Assembly: GCA_051362555.1 (NCBI GenBank)
Contig: CM120640.1
Span: forward strand, 19,406,001 to 19,470,000
DNA: 64,000 bases
Direction: 5' to 3'
DNA from: Lingula anatina
Lineage: Eukaryota; Animalia; Brachiopoda
Below the pieces are notes generated by a model. It ran no database searches, was not told the origin of the DNA, and worked only from the letters and a program-made list of their open reading frames with translations. Shown piece by piece: positions 40,701 to 56,200 of the stretch. Numbering within the stretch: the stretch's first letter is position 1; each line of letters begins with the position of its first letter. A program made the translations under genes and the position numbers.

Positions 40701-43700
40701 TGGCCCAATCATGCTGATTTTCGAACTTGACCTGCGTATTAAGAATTTTCATCAGTTCTGTAAGTTTCAAGCCAAAAGGTAAAATGGTTTTCCACTTACT
40801 GTGTTATCGGTGCTGCATATATGCTGAAAAAGTGAAAAAACAGCATAAATTCCCTAAAAATGGCCCAATCATGCCGATTTTCGAACTTGACCTGCATATT
40901 ATGAATATTCATCAGTTCTGTAAGTTTCAAGTCAAAAGGTACAATGGTTTTCCACTTATCGTGTTATCGGTGCTGCATATATGTTGAAAAAAGTGAAAAA
41001 ACAGCATAAATTCCCTAAGAGTGACCCGATCATGCTGATTTTCGAACTTGACCTGCGTATTATGAATATTCATCAGTTCTGCAAGTTTCAAATCAAAAGG
41101 CAAAATGGTTTTCCACTTATCGTGTTATCGGTAAAAGTGCACGGCGACGGCGACGGCGACGACGGCGACGGCGACGACAGACGCAGATGATGGCTATATG
41201 TACAGACACATCTGTGTCTGTACATAAAAATTATAATTTTTCCTTCAATATCAATAAAGGTTTATACTTGGTACCCTGTTTCTTCAACTGACAACACAAA
41301 GAACTAATTTCATAAATTATCAAGCTGCACTATTGCAAATAATTCTTCATTTATATCTATCAAAAGAAACTCAAATATCTAGAATCAATCTCGCTAATGT
41401 AGATTTATATGCTACCATTAATCAATTTTTCTAAACTGTAAAACAATTCATTTCATGCAAAGAAGTGAATAACCTTCTTGAGTTAGTTGTGTACAGACAA
41501 ATCTATAAATATTTCCAAGGAGCTAACCAAATGTCAACTCTTCGGTTTCGGCACTCAATGCTCCTTCCAGTTGATTTATCTGTTTTATTTAATTACAATG
41601 GACTCAAGAGAGTGATCATGTTATTATTGCTTATTACTACTGAAACATTACCGCCGCTTATTACTACATGGATGTCAGAGAGGCATACCTGATATCTGCA
41701 CACAAGGCTGTCAACAAGAACAACATTCTCATGTCGAAGAACTGAAAAGAACAAAAATAGGAAAATCATCTTTTAAAGTTGAAATATTATAAAATACACA
41801 TTATGTTCATTTTTAGAGAGCATATGGTAATGATCACCAAAGGCCTGTTGTTCTGTCACTGGGAGTACTCCAGTTATATGTACATATCAAATAAATGGTT
41901 CTCACATGAAAGCAATATTACTAAAGGGTAAAACAAGAAATTTTCAGAAAAAAAAATGACGAGCTTTATATCTGAACAGCCAGTATAATTAAAACATTCT
42001 GCTTATGATTGGCAGAGTGCAAGTGTAGAGTGCAGAATGTTGATTGGGTATTTTCAAGGTCAAAACATTTAGACATGTTCAAGTTAATGAGCAGAGAAAA
42101 GAGCAAAGAAATACAACAAAGATATTCATTCAAAATGGTCCTCTGACATAACTTATAAAATGCCATCTAGATAAAAAGAATACCTTTCTCACATCACTGA
42201 AAAGAAACGTAATACTGTGATAACCTGCTGTTAATTTTGCAGAGCACTCGTTCAAAATATCTCCAGTTCATTGTCAAAGTCTAAACTGTCAATAGTCAGA
42301 AAAATCTCCGCCCTGAATATATTTTATTTTTTATGGATAAATGAGGGGTCAAGTTAATTTCAACTGAAACATCAGAAATATGTAGACACCTTTGAAAGAA
42401 TCTCTATGCGCCAGACCTAAATATGTCCACAGATTATACACATTTCATACATTAAGCCGATGAAGTAGAGCAAAAGTGATGTCTCCTACAGGCCAGATTA
42501 CCAATTAAGAGCCTGACGTGACAGCAGGCTGCCTTATCTTGTCAGATACTGAGAAAAAAACTGTGATCTCTCAGTAAATGAGCACTGTGCATGTGCATAG
42601 TTAATTGCTACACTTAAGTCATGCTTGGTTAGACTCATATAAAAAAAGTAAATCTATAATACATCAGTGTACTTTATATACAGCCTCGCAGTTTTCATAT
42701 TATGATAAAAATAAATTGTTTGAGTTAATGCTGTGTGGGGAATGTCTTGACACCAGTTGCTGTTTCTTATGTCTTCTAGACGAAATAAAAAGTCATTTAG
42801 GATATTGCTATAGTCACAGTAGCTTTCTCATTCTTAGTAGTGCTTTCTTAGCATATGGTGTGATACTGTCTGATAAGCAAGTGGAACTAATCAAACAAAA
42901 TACTTGTAGGTCTTATTTACATTGATGGTGGTTGGGGCCACACAGGTATTGGATAAGTTTCCTATGGTGAGGGATTATATGAGATCTTATAACCAATAAT
43001 TTATATTAGTGATCACTAGATGTGGGTTTGTGATTGCAAATGCTAAATTAATGCCTTGAACTGTGTTCATGTCATGTTGCGAGCATCGCAATGTACATCT
43101 TGAACAAACAATATGGCCAATTTTATTCAGGCCTCTCCTTGTTTACATAAGGGTTCTTTTTCTTGACTTTGAACAAAAGATTCAACGTACCTCAAAAGAT
43201 TCAAGGAACCTCAAATAAAGGTTTTGGAAGAGGAAAAAGAATAACGTTTTTTTCCAATTTCTTTGTCTATGATGAAAGAGAAAGGATTCCTGACTTTCAC
43301 ACTGAGGCCCAGTAAAAGTATAAAACAAATCAAACTGATGTATTTTTATAATTTACTATTTATACCAATAGCATGTAATTATATGGGAGTAATGCCTTCT
43401 CGAAAATGTCTGGCACATTCTAATGGGCTGAACAGGAAGATCAGCCGACTTGTGCTTCACGATATATGTTGTGACACGTACAACAAATATTTTTATGTTC
43501 CCTCCAAGAAATCACAGTTCAAGTAATTAATTCAGCATTCAAGATCACAAACCTGTGGCTCAGGATCACAACTGCAATTTCTTTACAAGGCCTGTATATG
43601 TAATGTTCTGCTGAGATAGAACAAACGAAGTTCAGTCACAATTAATCTGGAAATGCAGCCACAGCCAAGAGTGAATAGCACTCATGTGCATTATCAATTT

Positions 43701-46700
43701 ATTAATTTTATTCAAGCATGAAAATTAATGAATAACATCTCATAACAGAACATAAATATTAAAAAAATATCTGAACTATCCTAATGCTTTTTTTTATAGC
43801 AGAACTGCCAGTGCCATATTTGTTAAAATTTCTACTTAAATTTAGAGAAGCACAGGAACAGCATGAAATCTGAAATCTTTCATCATATATGTTCATCATC
43901 ACCACAGGAATCACTGATTTGTGAAATTCAACCCATCACTTGTACTTACTGACATTTAAATATGGTAAAAAAATATGACATAAATGTGCCACACCTATTC
44001 GTAAGTAGTTGCTTCACTGACATGGCACAGGAATCATTCAGCTCAGTTTTCACTTAGGCAGTTTTAGGACTAATTTCAGGAACTAACAGTTTGATTGTTA
44101 TGAACATCTGGATCATACAGGGGTATCCTATAATTATCCAACCATTTAAATTAAAAAGCATGTAGCAAGTGGATACATACCAACCTTCTATTTCCTGAAG
44201 GTATTCTGCAAACGGTTTGATTAAATCAGAGTTGAATGCAACCAAAATCATCAATGCTTTGATCTGAATTGATTTATTACAGTATACATGTACGATGCAG
44301 CCCTTTACTGACTATTACTTGCAAAATGAGAAGACTGCAAAAAGAAATTGCTACTGAGCAGCGAGAAGTATAGGGCAACATATGCTTCATAATGAAGTAA
44401 AAACCTGGGAGGATTTGGCCATCAGGTTGGATTTACCGGAAATGTCCTGATACTGGTTTTTTACTCCATAACAAAAGTACAGCACTTAAAGATCTTGGCA
44501 TGAAATACTCTTTGAAAATGAATTTTGATCGCATTTTTAATCTTCTACCCAATGAAACTGTCATACCTTTCATGTACTTAAAATGCAACATTGAAAGACA
44601 TTTTGCTTAAAAGTTTTTTTTTTTCAATTTGGTATGGACTAGTTGAAGCTCATCATCATCACTCGCCATTTATTAGTTGCCGTCACCATTTCAAATTTCA
44701 TGGTCTTTTTGCAATTCCTGAATTTAACATACAAAAAAAATGTCAGTGCATCAATGACTTTATACTTTTACAGGTTTTTGGTCTAGAGAGCCTTCTGAAA
44801 CAATACCAGACCATAAAGAGCACAATGTTACATAGGGCAAAAAGTTTTCAATCCTGGCCAACAGATCTAACTGGTTATTGGGAGACAGTTCCAGGTTACT
44901 AGGCAAAGGAGAACCATCAACACTCCTGTAAATGAAGCATTATTAAAGGGATAATAACTCTTCGTATGAAATCTGTATTTCACAATAAAAACATTGTGAG
45001 TGACTCATAAAAATATAATATATTCTGTTTTCCCACAAAAACGGCTGTTATAGCTATTATTTTGATATCTGAGCTTGTCTTTAGACCACGTGACCTCCAT
45101 TGATGGCTATACTATGTAAAAATCTCTTAAGAGATTTTAACAAAAAACCAAACTTTTTAGAAAAAAACCAGGGACTAACTTTGAATGTAAAAATGGATTC
45201 ATTAACCATTGGTAAGTATGGGAAAATTGTTGTTTACTCCAGGAAAATTCATTTTTTGGCCAAAACGAAGAGTTATTATCACTTTAATTCACTAACCTTT
45301 ATTTCATGTTGAAGTTCTGGATCTTTGTAAGTTTTCAATCTTTGAACAATGCCTTCCACACAACCATTGTTGCTAGAAAAAATAATGCATCAATATAATC
45401 ATCATTTGCATGTTATGCAATAGAAAAAGACACAAACACCTTCTATGAAAAAAAGAAAAAAATCAAGATAGAACAAATATAATGTTCAATAGTACAGATC
45501 AAGCATCATGATTGAAATATCTACAAATATTGATGCAAATTCAATTTCAAAGTAATTCTTATTCAAATATAATGACTTTAAAAAAGCGAGGATCCTCACT
45601 ATAAAGAATATGTTCACAAAGAGATCTAAATATAAAGCAGGTTAAAGGATGAGTGTAATGCAGGCCTCATAGGTGATAATTGCTGTTTGTGACTTGGATC
45701 CACAAATTAGTGATTTCCATAGCCATATTTTTAACTTAAATTGCGACTTCATGGTCTGATAATATGTGTTATATGGCAAGCCTATACAAACACCTTTTTT
45801 AACATGATGGTTCCCTTGACAAACTGAGCAATTTTGGAAAAAACTACCTAATATCTTTATATCAAAGCAGTCCTGAGAACAAACCAAGGCAACAAACATA
45901 ATGGACTTCAGGTGTAAAAGATACAGATATAAAATGTCTGATTCTTATGGTTTCAAACTGCCTAACACATTTTCCCCAAAACATATGGCAAAAAAAGATA
46001 TTCTTTATTTCTGTCTCTGCCAGGGCCATGCATCTCTCTAAAGCTTTTGTTTATATCACTGCCAAGCACATGGACAACCTAATGGACATATCACAGTAGC
46101 TACAGCCCAGAAGCAGGGGAAAGAAATCTCAGCAAAGCATAAGCAATATTGCTTGGAACTATATCCTGACCACAAATCAATAACCGTCTCCTGATAGCTG
46201 TGATCTTTTCAAGAGTGATCATGGTTTACTAACTTCTAGGGCCAAATGTATTTTGTAACAAAACCATTTCTGGTCAGTGTGCAGTTAAGGTTAGGTATTA
46301 TATAAATAAGAAAAAATATCCTGATAACTAATATCTATGGGGTTTAAAAACCAATTTTCTACATAATGTCATTTTCTATATTCACTTTTAAATTACTGAT
46401 TACCAAAACAGCTTCAAAAGCAGATACCACAAAACAATAGATTTCACGTGTCAGCTATGAGGCACTTTGCTCGTAGGATCCCCCTTCCAAAAAGAAATAT
46501 GAAAAAATTTATAAATCAATACCAGATAACAGAAAATTGGCAATGAATTTCATATCAGAATATATAATTGTATTTTTCGAGAAGCAACAATTCTTGAAGG
46601 CACATACAGGTATGTCAAAAACAAAGCAGAAAAATCATAACTTGACAGAATATCCACAAAGCATCTTATTTAATGCCATCACTTCTACTGAATATATAAC

Positions 46701-49700
46701 AACCCTATAAAAGAAACATTATCCACATTGTTTGCATGTATTCAATACAAATTCACACAGTCCCCGTTAATTATAGCTTAGGATTGCTCTTTCACAGGCT
46801 GATAATAATATCCATGAAAATTTTGTCCATCAATTCCCTCGAAAGTGAATATTCAATTTGATTGCTATAGTAACAGTGGGTTAATGCAATGGCAACATTT
46901 AATGATCTTATTTCAACTGATCAGGGTGTCTATTCTGTGCAATCTATTTAATTTTGGACTTATTAAAATGTCATGCAATATGCACTTCATTATATTCCCA
47001 GGCCACCACTGAATCAAACCATTATGTATAGGCTGGGTAACAGTTCACACTGTATAGGCTATATATTTCTGATGATGAAAGTCAACAAAAAAAACTAATA
47101 TAAGACTGCATATTGGCTTTATGTATTGTTCAAACCTAAGATTACTGAAAGATTTAACAAAAATCCCCAATAATGAAAAAAACATTAAGAAAACGATACT
47201 TACAAGTGTATTAGAAAAAAGTCATTCCATTAACCCTTTTTTCTTTGGAAATGACAAAAAATACAATATTATCAAATGGTATCAGAAATAAGTAACATCC
47301 TGCTGAAGGCAATAATTAATTAATAAAAGCCCTCTGAAGAGCAAGACATATCTTTGTCATAACAAACGAGTTTCTATCCTTAAACAGAATGAATTGGTTT
47401 GAAAAGAAAAACGCACTAGATTTACATTGAATGCCAGATGAAAAGGAAGTATTTTATGGCACACAGTACAGGTGTGTTAGAGTGAGGTGCTATACAATTT
47501 CTGCCTCAACGTCTTCATTTCCTATTGAAAAAATTGAAGGTAATAAAGGCAGCCAAAAGATGTAATGATTAAATGTTGCATCAAATGAACCTTTAGGATA
47601 ATATCATAACTGGATGTATATTGTGTGGAACTTGCCAAGAAGCTTACCTTATTCTAAAAAAAAATAAGGCACTTTCATAATATTATTTTTTAACGGACTT
47701 TTTAGATAAAATAATCAGAAAGAGGGGCTAGAAACCCTGAAAATCTTGTTCATAAAAATAAGAAACCATCAGAAATAGAGAAACCGTCTGTAACATGCAG
47801 TCAAATTTGACATTGAAGCAAAGCTGTAGCTTTGAAAAAGAAAATCTCCAATAACAACATCAGTATCACACAGCACAGTTAGGGCAACTCAAAAAGATGA
47901 AACACATGCACTGTTCATAGCAACATTCTTCAACAAAACATTTTAAAGTGCTACCATTAACTGACTGTTGATTATCCCATCAACAAATGTTTCCATATCT
48001 AAATTACTAACATTTCTTTTTTTTTTAAGTTTATCATCAACTTCAATACTTTTTTATTTAAACCCATATAATCGCAGCATGCTGTTACATCAGCAAGTTT
48101 ATAACAGCACTGCATAACCTCATGCTGGTACATGCATATCCCATCAAAAATTCCAAGCAATTTACATTGGAGAAAAAGAAAACAAATACTTTTTTGACAA
48201 GCCAGTCATTTAGAATGAAATCCATCTTTCTGACAATCGGTATCACAAAAATACAAATCGCACAGAATCGGGAATGGTCTCATTTTCATATCATAACACA
48301 CACAAAATGTTTGTTTTTGTATCTTGACCTTATATCATGTATAATATAGACACTTTTATTTCTTGCATAAAGTAGTCAGATACCATGGCATGGACCTTGC
48401 AAGGATCTAAGGTTCAGAAGGAAATATAACAACATTAGGTAAGCTTCAGATTAATTTCAGGATAAAGATACGACTTTAAGAAATTTTCAAATGTGGGTAG
48501 GATACCTTCTACCACTGAAAAGTTGGCTCATATATCTGTATCTAGAGCCTACAGTCACATACTTAAACAGCACTGCGAAACCACATCTGGTTTTCCATGG
48601 AGTTAAAATTTTTTATCACCAGCCCATCACCTCTGGACACACACAGTTAAGAAAGCATAAATACTAATGGTCAAGTAGGAGAACAACGCTGCAATCGGCA
48701 TCATTTTAATTAACTAAAATACTTTTTGAACTGACTCCAAGAAACAGATAAATGGCATACTAGTGTCACAATGAGGAGCGTGAATTAACTCAATCACCCA
48801 ACAGCCTAATATGCTGAGAATTTGACTCTTTAAGCCTTTGCCCAGAGATAGTGAGTCTAATAAAAAAGTTAGTGAAAACAATGCTGGCTGCAGCCAAAGA
48901 ATGCCAGTCATTCTATATCTGCCACCTACATGATACTCATCAGCACAAAGTCTGTGGACATGACAAAACTATGGAACCTGGGCTAGCTGATTCCTAAGGG
49001 AATATATTGCACAATAATCGAATTATCTGTGGGTTGGCAACAAAATGACAATGCACTCAAATGTCTGTGCTGCTGGCTGAACATTAGGTTCACAGGGACC
49101 ATACTGGCCGACTGCCAGCATTGATGCATGCTTACTGCATAAAAAATCCCCCCTCTCTCTCTCTCTCAAACATCATGGTTATAAACTTACCAGCATATTC
49201 GTTGGGCACTGGAACTGTTAAAGATGAGATTACACAAACATTTCTGAGCTTCAATGACCACTGAAAATAAAATGATAATACTTGTAATGTACAATGGTTT
49301 AAACCTGGCCAAATTCAGTAAGAGTTCTATAAAACATACAGCAGTTTTTTTTTTAGTTCTTTTTCAGATTTCATACATAATAAGACTTGAACATGACAAA
49401 CAACTTCATCCCTCCTCCAAAAAATAAATAAATAAATAATAACTTATAACTTAGTAACTTAGTAAATAAAATACTAAATAGTATATATATACTTAATTAT
49501 AAGCAAAATATTTTCATGGAATTTACCATTTATAAATGCGTATAATTTAGTTCTCACAGCGTACTTAAACCAATGAATTCAAAACCTGATTCAAGCATAC
49601 CTATAGAACATTATAGAACTGATTATCATCCTATATTGACTGGGACCATTTTGATTGAATACATCAAACATTTAAAACATGGCTCATATTACTCTCTTGC

Positions 49701-50232
49701 TTACAATGTGTGCATCAAAGCAGACATTTTATGACCCTTGCTTTATGCATCCATTAAGGTACTGGAGTTAAGTGAGAGACTAAGACAGGTCTGTTGCTGG
49801 TTTCAATGAGGGAAAGTTTCCTAAATTATTTAAGAATGCCCTACATACTGAGTGCAAGTCTCAATCCAACAATGGCGGCACTGTCTTCTTGAAGCTGCAT
49901 AAAGAATACCTTTTAATGGCACATATGTTTATTTGCTGTACATGGATGAGTCAAGTATGTAATCAAATTCAGTAGGTTTCACAGAGAAAAAAAAAACGGA
50001 TATTACCAGCACGCTATAAACCCCTGAATATTTGCTTTCAAGCAATTTCCTCTTATGTATAATAGCCTTATAAAAGATTTATATATAGTGTAGTTAATAA
50101 GCATTCAATCTTCCATGTGTTAGGTAGGATCAGAGATCAAATATGATGTATTGGTGTATCTTTTCGAGAAAATCTGCAAGTGAATTTCTTGTGTTTGCAA
50201 GTTCGTGGATAAAGGTGTGTGTGTGTGTGTGC

Positions 50233-50284
<52 letters not shown>

Positions 50285-53200
50285 ATTATCTTGCCATATC
50301 TTACATACTGGAGGGTTTTCAAGTACAGCATATGACACACATTCCATCAATGTAGTTTTCTGTTAGGTCTGCTAAAACTGGAATTTATCATGCAGTTAAG
50401 TTTTGTTAAAGAAAAACAACAAACTGTTTTCAATAAGAAAGGCAACTGCCACCTCGTGAATGACTTCTATTTCCATAAATAATTGTATGAGATTAAAATA
50501 TATTCACTGAAATGAATAGTTCTTCTTCTTCATTATATCATGTTTTGGAACTGGCTCTATGCCAAATAAAGAAATCTGTGCGTTTAAATGTACTGTATCA
50601 GTGTAACTGGTAACCTCTAACAAGTCATTTCTTATATTATACAGTATGAAAGATATACTATCTCTACTCTTATGACAATGTTCATAATCATTACACTTCT
50701 TCATATCAGAAATGCATTAGACTCCCACACTTTCAAATAAAGTCAATGTGGCGATGCAAATGAAATCATGTCCTGCTAAATTATTTAAAGAGAAAAAAAA
50801 ACAATAAGTGATGCAGAACTGTTTTACTCTTACTTCCACAATGATGACGATAAAGTCAATTTGTACTTGTTCAACATATCAGCAACACAAATTTCCTATA
50901 GTATAAACCCACGCTTTTCAGGGTAACTGGATCATCTTGATGTCTTTCCATTACCTTGGGGATTTCCTTGTTGACTGGGTCCATTTCCTTGTTCACCTTC
51001 TTCATGAGAGAAGCACTCTAATCCAGCCAGTTTGACCATTGTCTTCAACAGCTCATCTGTAGTCAGTGCTTCCAGACCAGCTTTGTCCCGGCTTAGAATC
51101 CTCAGGGTCTCTAGAAAGGGGACATAGGCTTCTTGGTATGTGGGGTCGTTCAGATGAGCAAGGGCTACTTTAACAATTTGCTGAAAGACAAATTAGGATA
51201 TTTTATAATTCCAGTGAGAGGACTTAACATACATGACAACGTGGCTTAAACAAAAATTAATGTTTTTTTCCTTGTAAATAGTAAGTTCATTCTTGCTGAA
51301 GAACTTCAAAAAGTTATTTGTTTTTCAGGCAAAACAAGCTTGATCAAAGCCTTCATCAAAATGGATTCATTTGAAAAAAAATGGCTTCATAACAGAAACC
51401 AAGATAGTCACCATCATTGCTACTTGAAAATTCTCCTTTGAAATTGTTTCCTGTCATAATCAGTGTATTTCATTACATAACACGAACTTATCATGCAAGA
51501 TTAGTATATATTACAACAGGTTTAATGAGGCATGATACAAAAATGTCTCAATTAATTGGCAAATTGGAGAATTTTCAAGGATTGATATTGCTGTGGTGGT
51601 GAAATTACCGCTTAATGTCATGAACACACTTACTGAAATGAATATATACTGAATTTGAAAAACATGAAATCTCACAATCTACATCCATAGCTTACATGTG
51701 TTCAAATGCTGAACAACAGATAATATGTAGATCATCATGACAATGTAGGGTCAATTCCCACTGAAACTATCAGTCTACATAAATTGATCCAAATCAGCAG
51801 AGACTCGCCCTGAATGCAATCAGTTTAACAGATTACCATGCCCCCATCTTATGTTGAATAGAATACAGAAAAGCTGATGACTATACAGGTATGTTGGAAA
51901 TATACATACAAGAGGCATGTTAATCTGGTCAGCTGATTGCATTCAGCGCGAGTCCCCACGGATCGGATCAATTTAGGTAAACTGACAGCTTCAATGGGAA
52001 TGAACCCTTACAGGTGTTTCATTACCATAACTCGTCAGGGTCCCTGAAGCATTAACTAGTATAAAAAATTACTAGTACCTCTAAATTTTGAACACAATGA
52101 CTTCTTCAACAACCTCTCCCCATTTCTGTCAGTAGAAGTCCAAAGACCCCTAAGTTCAGTACCTAGTGCAAACCGTACAATAACCATAATACTTGCTCTG
52201 TCAAAACACTGTCTACTTCTACTTGTAAAATCTGGAATAATTTTCACAGATGTAGTGCATCAGTATATTTCCTGTCACTATTTGCTTACCTGTTTTGTTT
52301 CTTTGTCAATATCTGGAAAGTTAAAGACCTGAGCATTCTGAAAAAAAAATTAATAAAACTGTAATTAAACAAGTTAAAAATAGTAAAATGGATGAGGGAG
52401 AAAAACAAATTCATTGGGAGAGATCCTAAGGGATAAACAGTGTATCATCTTAAATAAGGGGAAACAATTTAGAAAAGCACTGGCATTGATGAACAAGAGA
52501 AAATAAAAAAAGTTAGTGTAAACTGGAATATTCTCAGATACTCATTCCTACTAGGTATAACTGTTTGGAAATTTAAAAATTGACCCTGCATGCTATTTTT
52601 ATCAAGAACTTTTGCCAATGTGAACTAAATTAAACATGTTGGACACAGAACAGGAAATTCTGCAGACCACATTGTTTACAACTTGTAAAACAGGTTCATC
52701 CCTAGAATGTTGTTTAACACTGGAAATTACATTAAACTCTTCAGGGAGATGAAATAATTATTCATCTCTCTGCTGAGTAATTGTTTACAAGTGAAGTCTT
52801 CTTGTGAGATCTTCAAGTAGAATCCCTGTTTTTGGTGTGTATCACAAAGCTTAAAACGTTTGCTTTGAGAGTATTGATATATTGATATGTTGATTGATTG
52901 ACTTGTGTTAGACTGTAGTTTTTTTCTTTTTTATTTGCAAACTTTAATGTGCCATTCATGAAAATTTAGCATCCAAACACATTCCCTTTCTCCTCAACAT
53001 CATGGACAGTTTGATCTTTTTGACTGGTAGTTTTTGGAATTCCAAACTCAACTATTTGCTTTAAGAACCAAATGAACAGTTATACGTATTCCTTGTCAAA
53101 TTGCATTATGTGAGCAAAAGCCAGTATTCTGTTAGAAATATATAGAGGTGTGCCTTTGATCCATTACTGCACGCAATTAAAAAAAATGGGAAAAGACAGA

Positions 53201-56200
53201 TCTCCAACATCAGGGGCAGATTGGGGTCATCTTCTGGGTCTTCCGGAAGACGGTCAGATTTTTTCAAGTTCACATTGATGGGTATCTAATTTTTTCTGTA
53301 GGAATGCAGTGAAAAATGTATGATGAATCAACAAAGATAATTTGAAAGACTGTCAGAAAATATATCTGGATCCACCCATGAACATTACTAAGTCTTGTTT
53401 AAATTCGGAATATTGGCACGAAAAGGAACTATCTGAATCAATCATCTGCCACTACTGTTATACCTTTGTGGTTACTTCTAGACTGGACTACTGCAATTTT
53501 GTACTATTTGGATGTCCAGACAATAAGATTAAAAGATTACAAAACATCCAAAATATTCCAGCAAGGCTTTTAATGTTACAGCCTAGAGATTGCCATATTA
53601 CTCCAATTTTAATTTTTTTTCAAAAGGAATTGAAAGTACACATTTTAGGATGTTATATTCAAGACTTTTGCTCATTTTTTAAAAATTTACATTTTATAAG
53701 CAAAATCTTGGAATTTTTACTTTTAATTACTATTAAAAGACAATTTTTAATATTTGGAAGAAATGTAAATAAGAATGCGATTTATCAAATTCACACAAAA
53801 CCCACCTTTGTCAATATACAGAAAGGTTTTTTTTTTTACCAATTTCAAAGGATTAAGTGAAAAAAAAATACAATCCTTTTTGAACTGTTGCTTGAAATTA
53901 CTCTCTTTTCCCCAATCTTCTTTCTCTAATTAAATCTGCATGTGTACAACATCCAATCATTAATGCTTTTCATGACATGAGCCCCAGGAATTATTAAATC
54001 AATTTGGTGAAGGTCAAATGGGTTAGATAACAGTCAATAAACATCAACTCTGAAGTTTTGATTTTGAGGTAAGGAATATGGGCTTCCTTATGTCTAGGCT
54101 AAGGTCAGTTCAACTTTGTCTCTGATTTAAATTTTAAAGGAATTCTGCCTTATTTATTCACAGCAAATAAACAATAAATAATTAACACTGGCTACATTCA
54201 CAGTGACATTCCAACAAAAGTTATACAAGTAATAATAAAGAGATAATGAAAAATGTTGCCAACAGAAACTGGTAGCCTTCTCAATAAATAGTCATCATCT
54301 ATTCATCAAACATAACATACAAGTTGATATGATACAGCTGAATAATACAGTCCTGCAAAAAACATTGATCAGGTCATAAAAACATATTTGTCTTGTTGTT
54401 TACATTATATGTTCCCCGTATTTGGAGATAACAAATCTATTGTACATTTTGATGAAAAAATGTTATGAGAAAAACTAGCTGGGTGAGCTTTAACAACATA
54501 TACTAGGTATGTGTCAACCCAACTGTGCTAGCAACTGTGTCAGGGCTGGTCAGTGAAAACAGAAAATTTTAGCAAACATAGATAATCTTCCTGGATGTTA
54601 CTGGTTGAAAGACTCAGAATATGTTCTCTGTGTATTGCAAGCTATGCAAATATGTCAAAGTAGTATTTCAGAGAAAATGATTGACAAACTTGGCCACCCA
54701 GCTGATGCTGGATGTTACTATAGACACAATATTGCTCATAACAGATTGATGAGAAAATATTTAACAAAATTCAACTCTTTTTTAACTCTTATGACAGATT
54801 TACATCCTGGCATAAGCAAGTTACGCCTGTTATTTACCTCAAAGTGATTCTATGAACCAAACATTCAATCAGTCAAGTGTAACGTCCAACAGTAAGCAGT
54901 ACATACAGATTTTAATAAAATGCAATAATGACATAACTTATTGGATGAGAACAACAAGCTTCATTTTAAAACTGAAATTAACTTAAAACTACTATCCATT
55001 ATCCAACTTATTGTAATTAACTAATATTTTACCATGTCTTGTGTTACTTTGTTGTTGGACACAACAAAAAGTGACTTTCTTTCACACCACATAAATCATA
55101 CAAGAAAAATTGATTATTTCCTCTTCACTGGTGCATGCAAGTCATTTTATTCCAACTGGTTATGTAGAAATATCTTTGCAAGTTTTTGGTTATGTGGAAA
55201 TATTTTTGCAAGTTACATTTTTATGAAAAAAAAACGTGTTATAAAAAATAACAAGGGGAAATATTTGGTAAATGCATTCTGGCACAGGCTCATATGTCTG
55301 CAGATTTTTTCAAATGATGACTGTCAATTGTTTTCTGTGTTAATATTATACCCATATTACATGTCAGATAATTAGAAATTTTCAATTGGAGTAGGTCTAT
55401 TTGAAACTGTATACTCATCTGACTAGGTTTTAAGAGATAGTGGATATTTCTGTTAGTCATCCAATGATGGGATTTCAGAGGAATTCTGGTCTAAAATGGT
55501 CATGAATTCAGCCATAAAATGATTGAAAAAGTCATATGAAGGCAGACCATTTTCACTTAATTGTATGTAAAAAAATCGGTGAAAGTCAGGGACAAGACTT
55601 TTTGGCTACCAAAAAAGTCACAATCTGATGATAGTTGGAAAAATCTCTTTGTTGCCAATGATATTTTTGGCTCCCAAAAAATCAGAAATCCACAGATAGT
55701 CGGAAAAAAATTCATCCCTGGATAGTTTGTCTGATAACCAGCCTATACCATCTAACACCGACTGAGCAACTCAGGGTGAAAGCCTAAAGAGATTATAAAT
55801 GTCCAGCAGTAATGAACATGATTTGGATTCTAAAAAGACACCTTAAATGGCAAGTCAAAGGCCCTCAGCTACTTAAGAAATAACCATAGAAGCCTAATGC
55901 TGAGAATGGAACTGCAAACTGTTCAACAATTTGGGGCCTTGGAAAAATCAATTCTTCCTTGAAGATTGTGTTTCTCATTTGGTTACACCTTGGTTCTTGT
56001 GGAATGCAGAAAGAAGTTAATTTGTTTCACATAGGGAAGGATTACATATGATCATTAACCACTACTGCACTAGTGACAAAGCATTTCACTTGATACACTT
56101 AGAAGAATCCATACATGAACATTTCTATCAACTTTAGTAAAGAATCTGTTATATCATTATTTTTATTTTTTCTTACTATTCCATATTAAATGTTATTTTC

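Noticed and set aside
38894-41190. ORFs with repeated [11 protein letters not shown]...IFELDL peptides
   Set aside because: Translations of the 161-bp HINE core; frames shift between units.
44774-44894. Exon-like segment [10 protein letters not shown]... on the + strand
   Set aside because: Isolated, weak donor, no partner exons identified.
53342-53860. 172-aa ORF as a host gene
   Set aside because: LINE fragment running into AT-rich intron sequence.
55587-55720. hAT-like MITE (caggga...tccctg)
   Set aside because: Very short TIR match and no 8-bp TSD.
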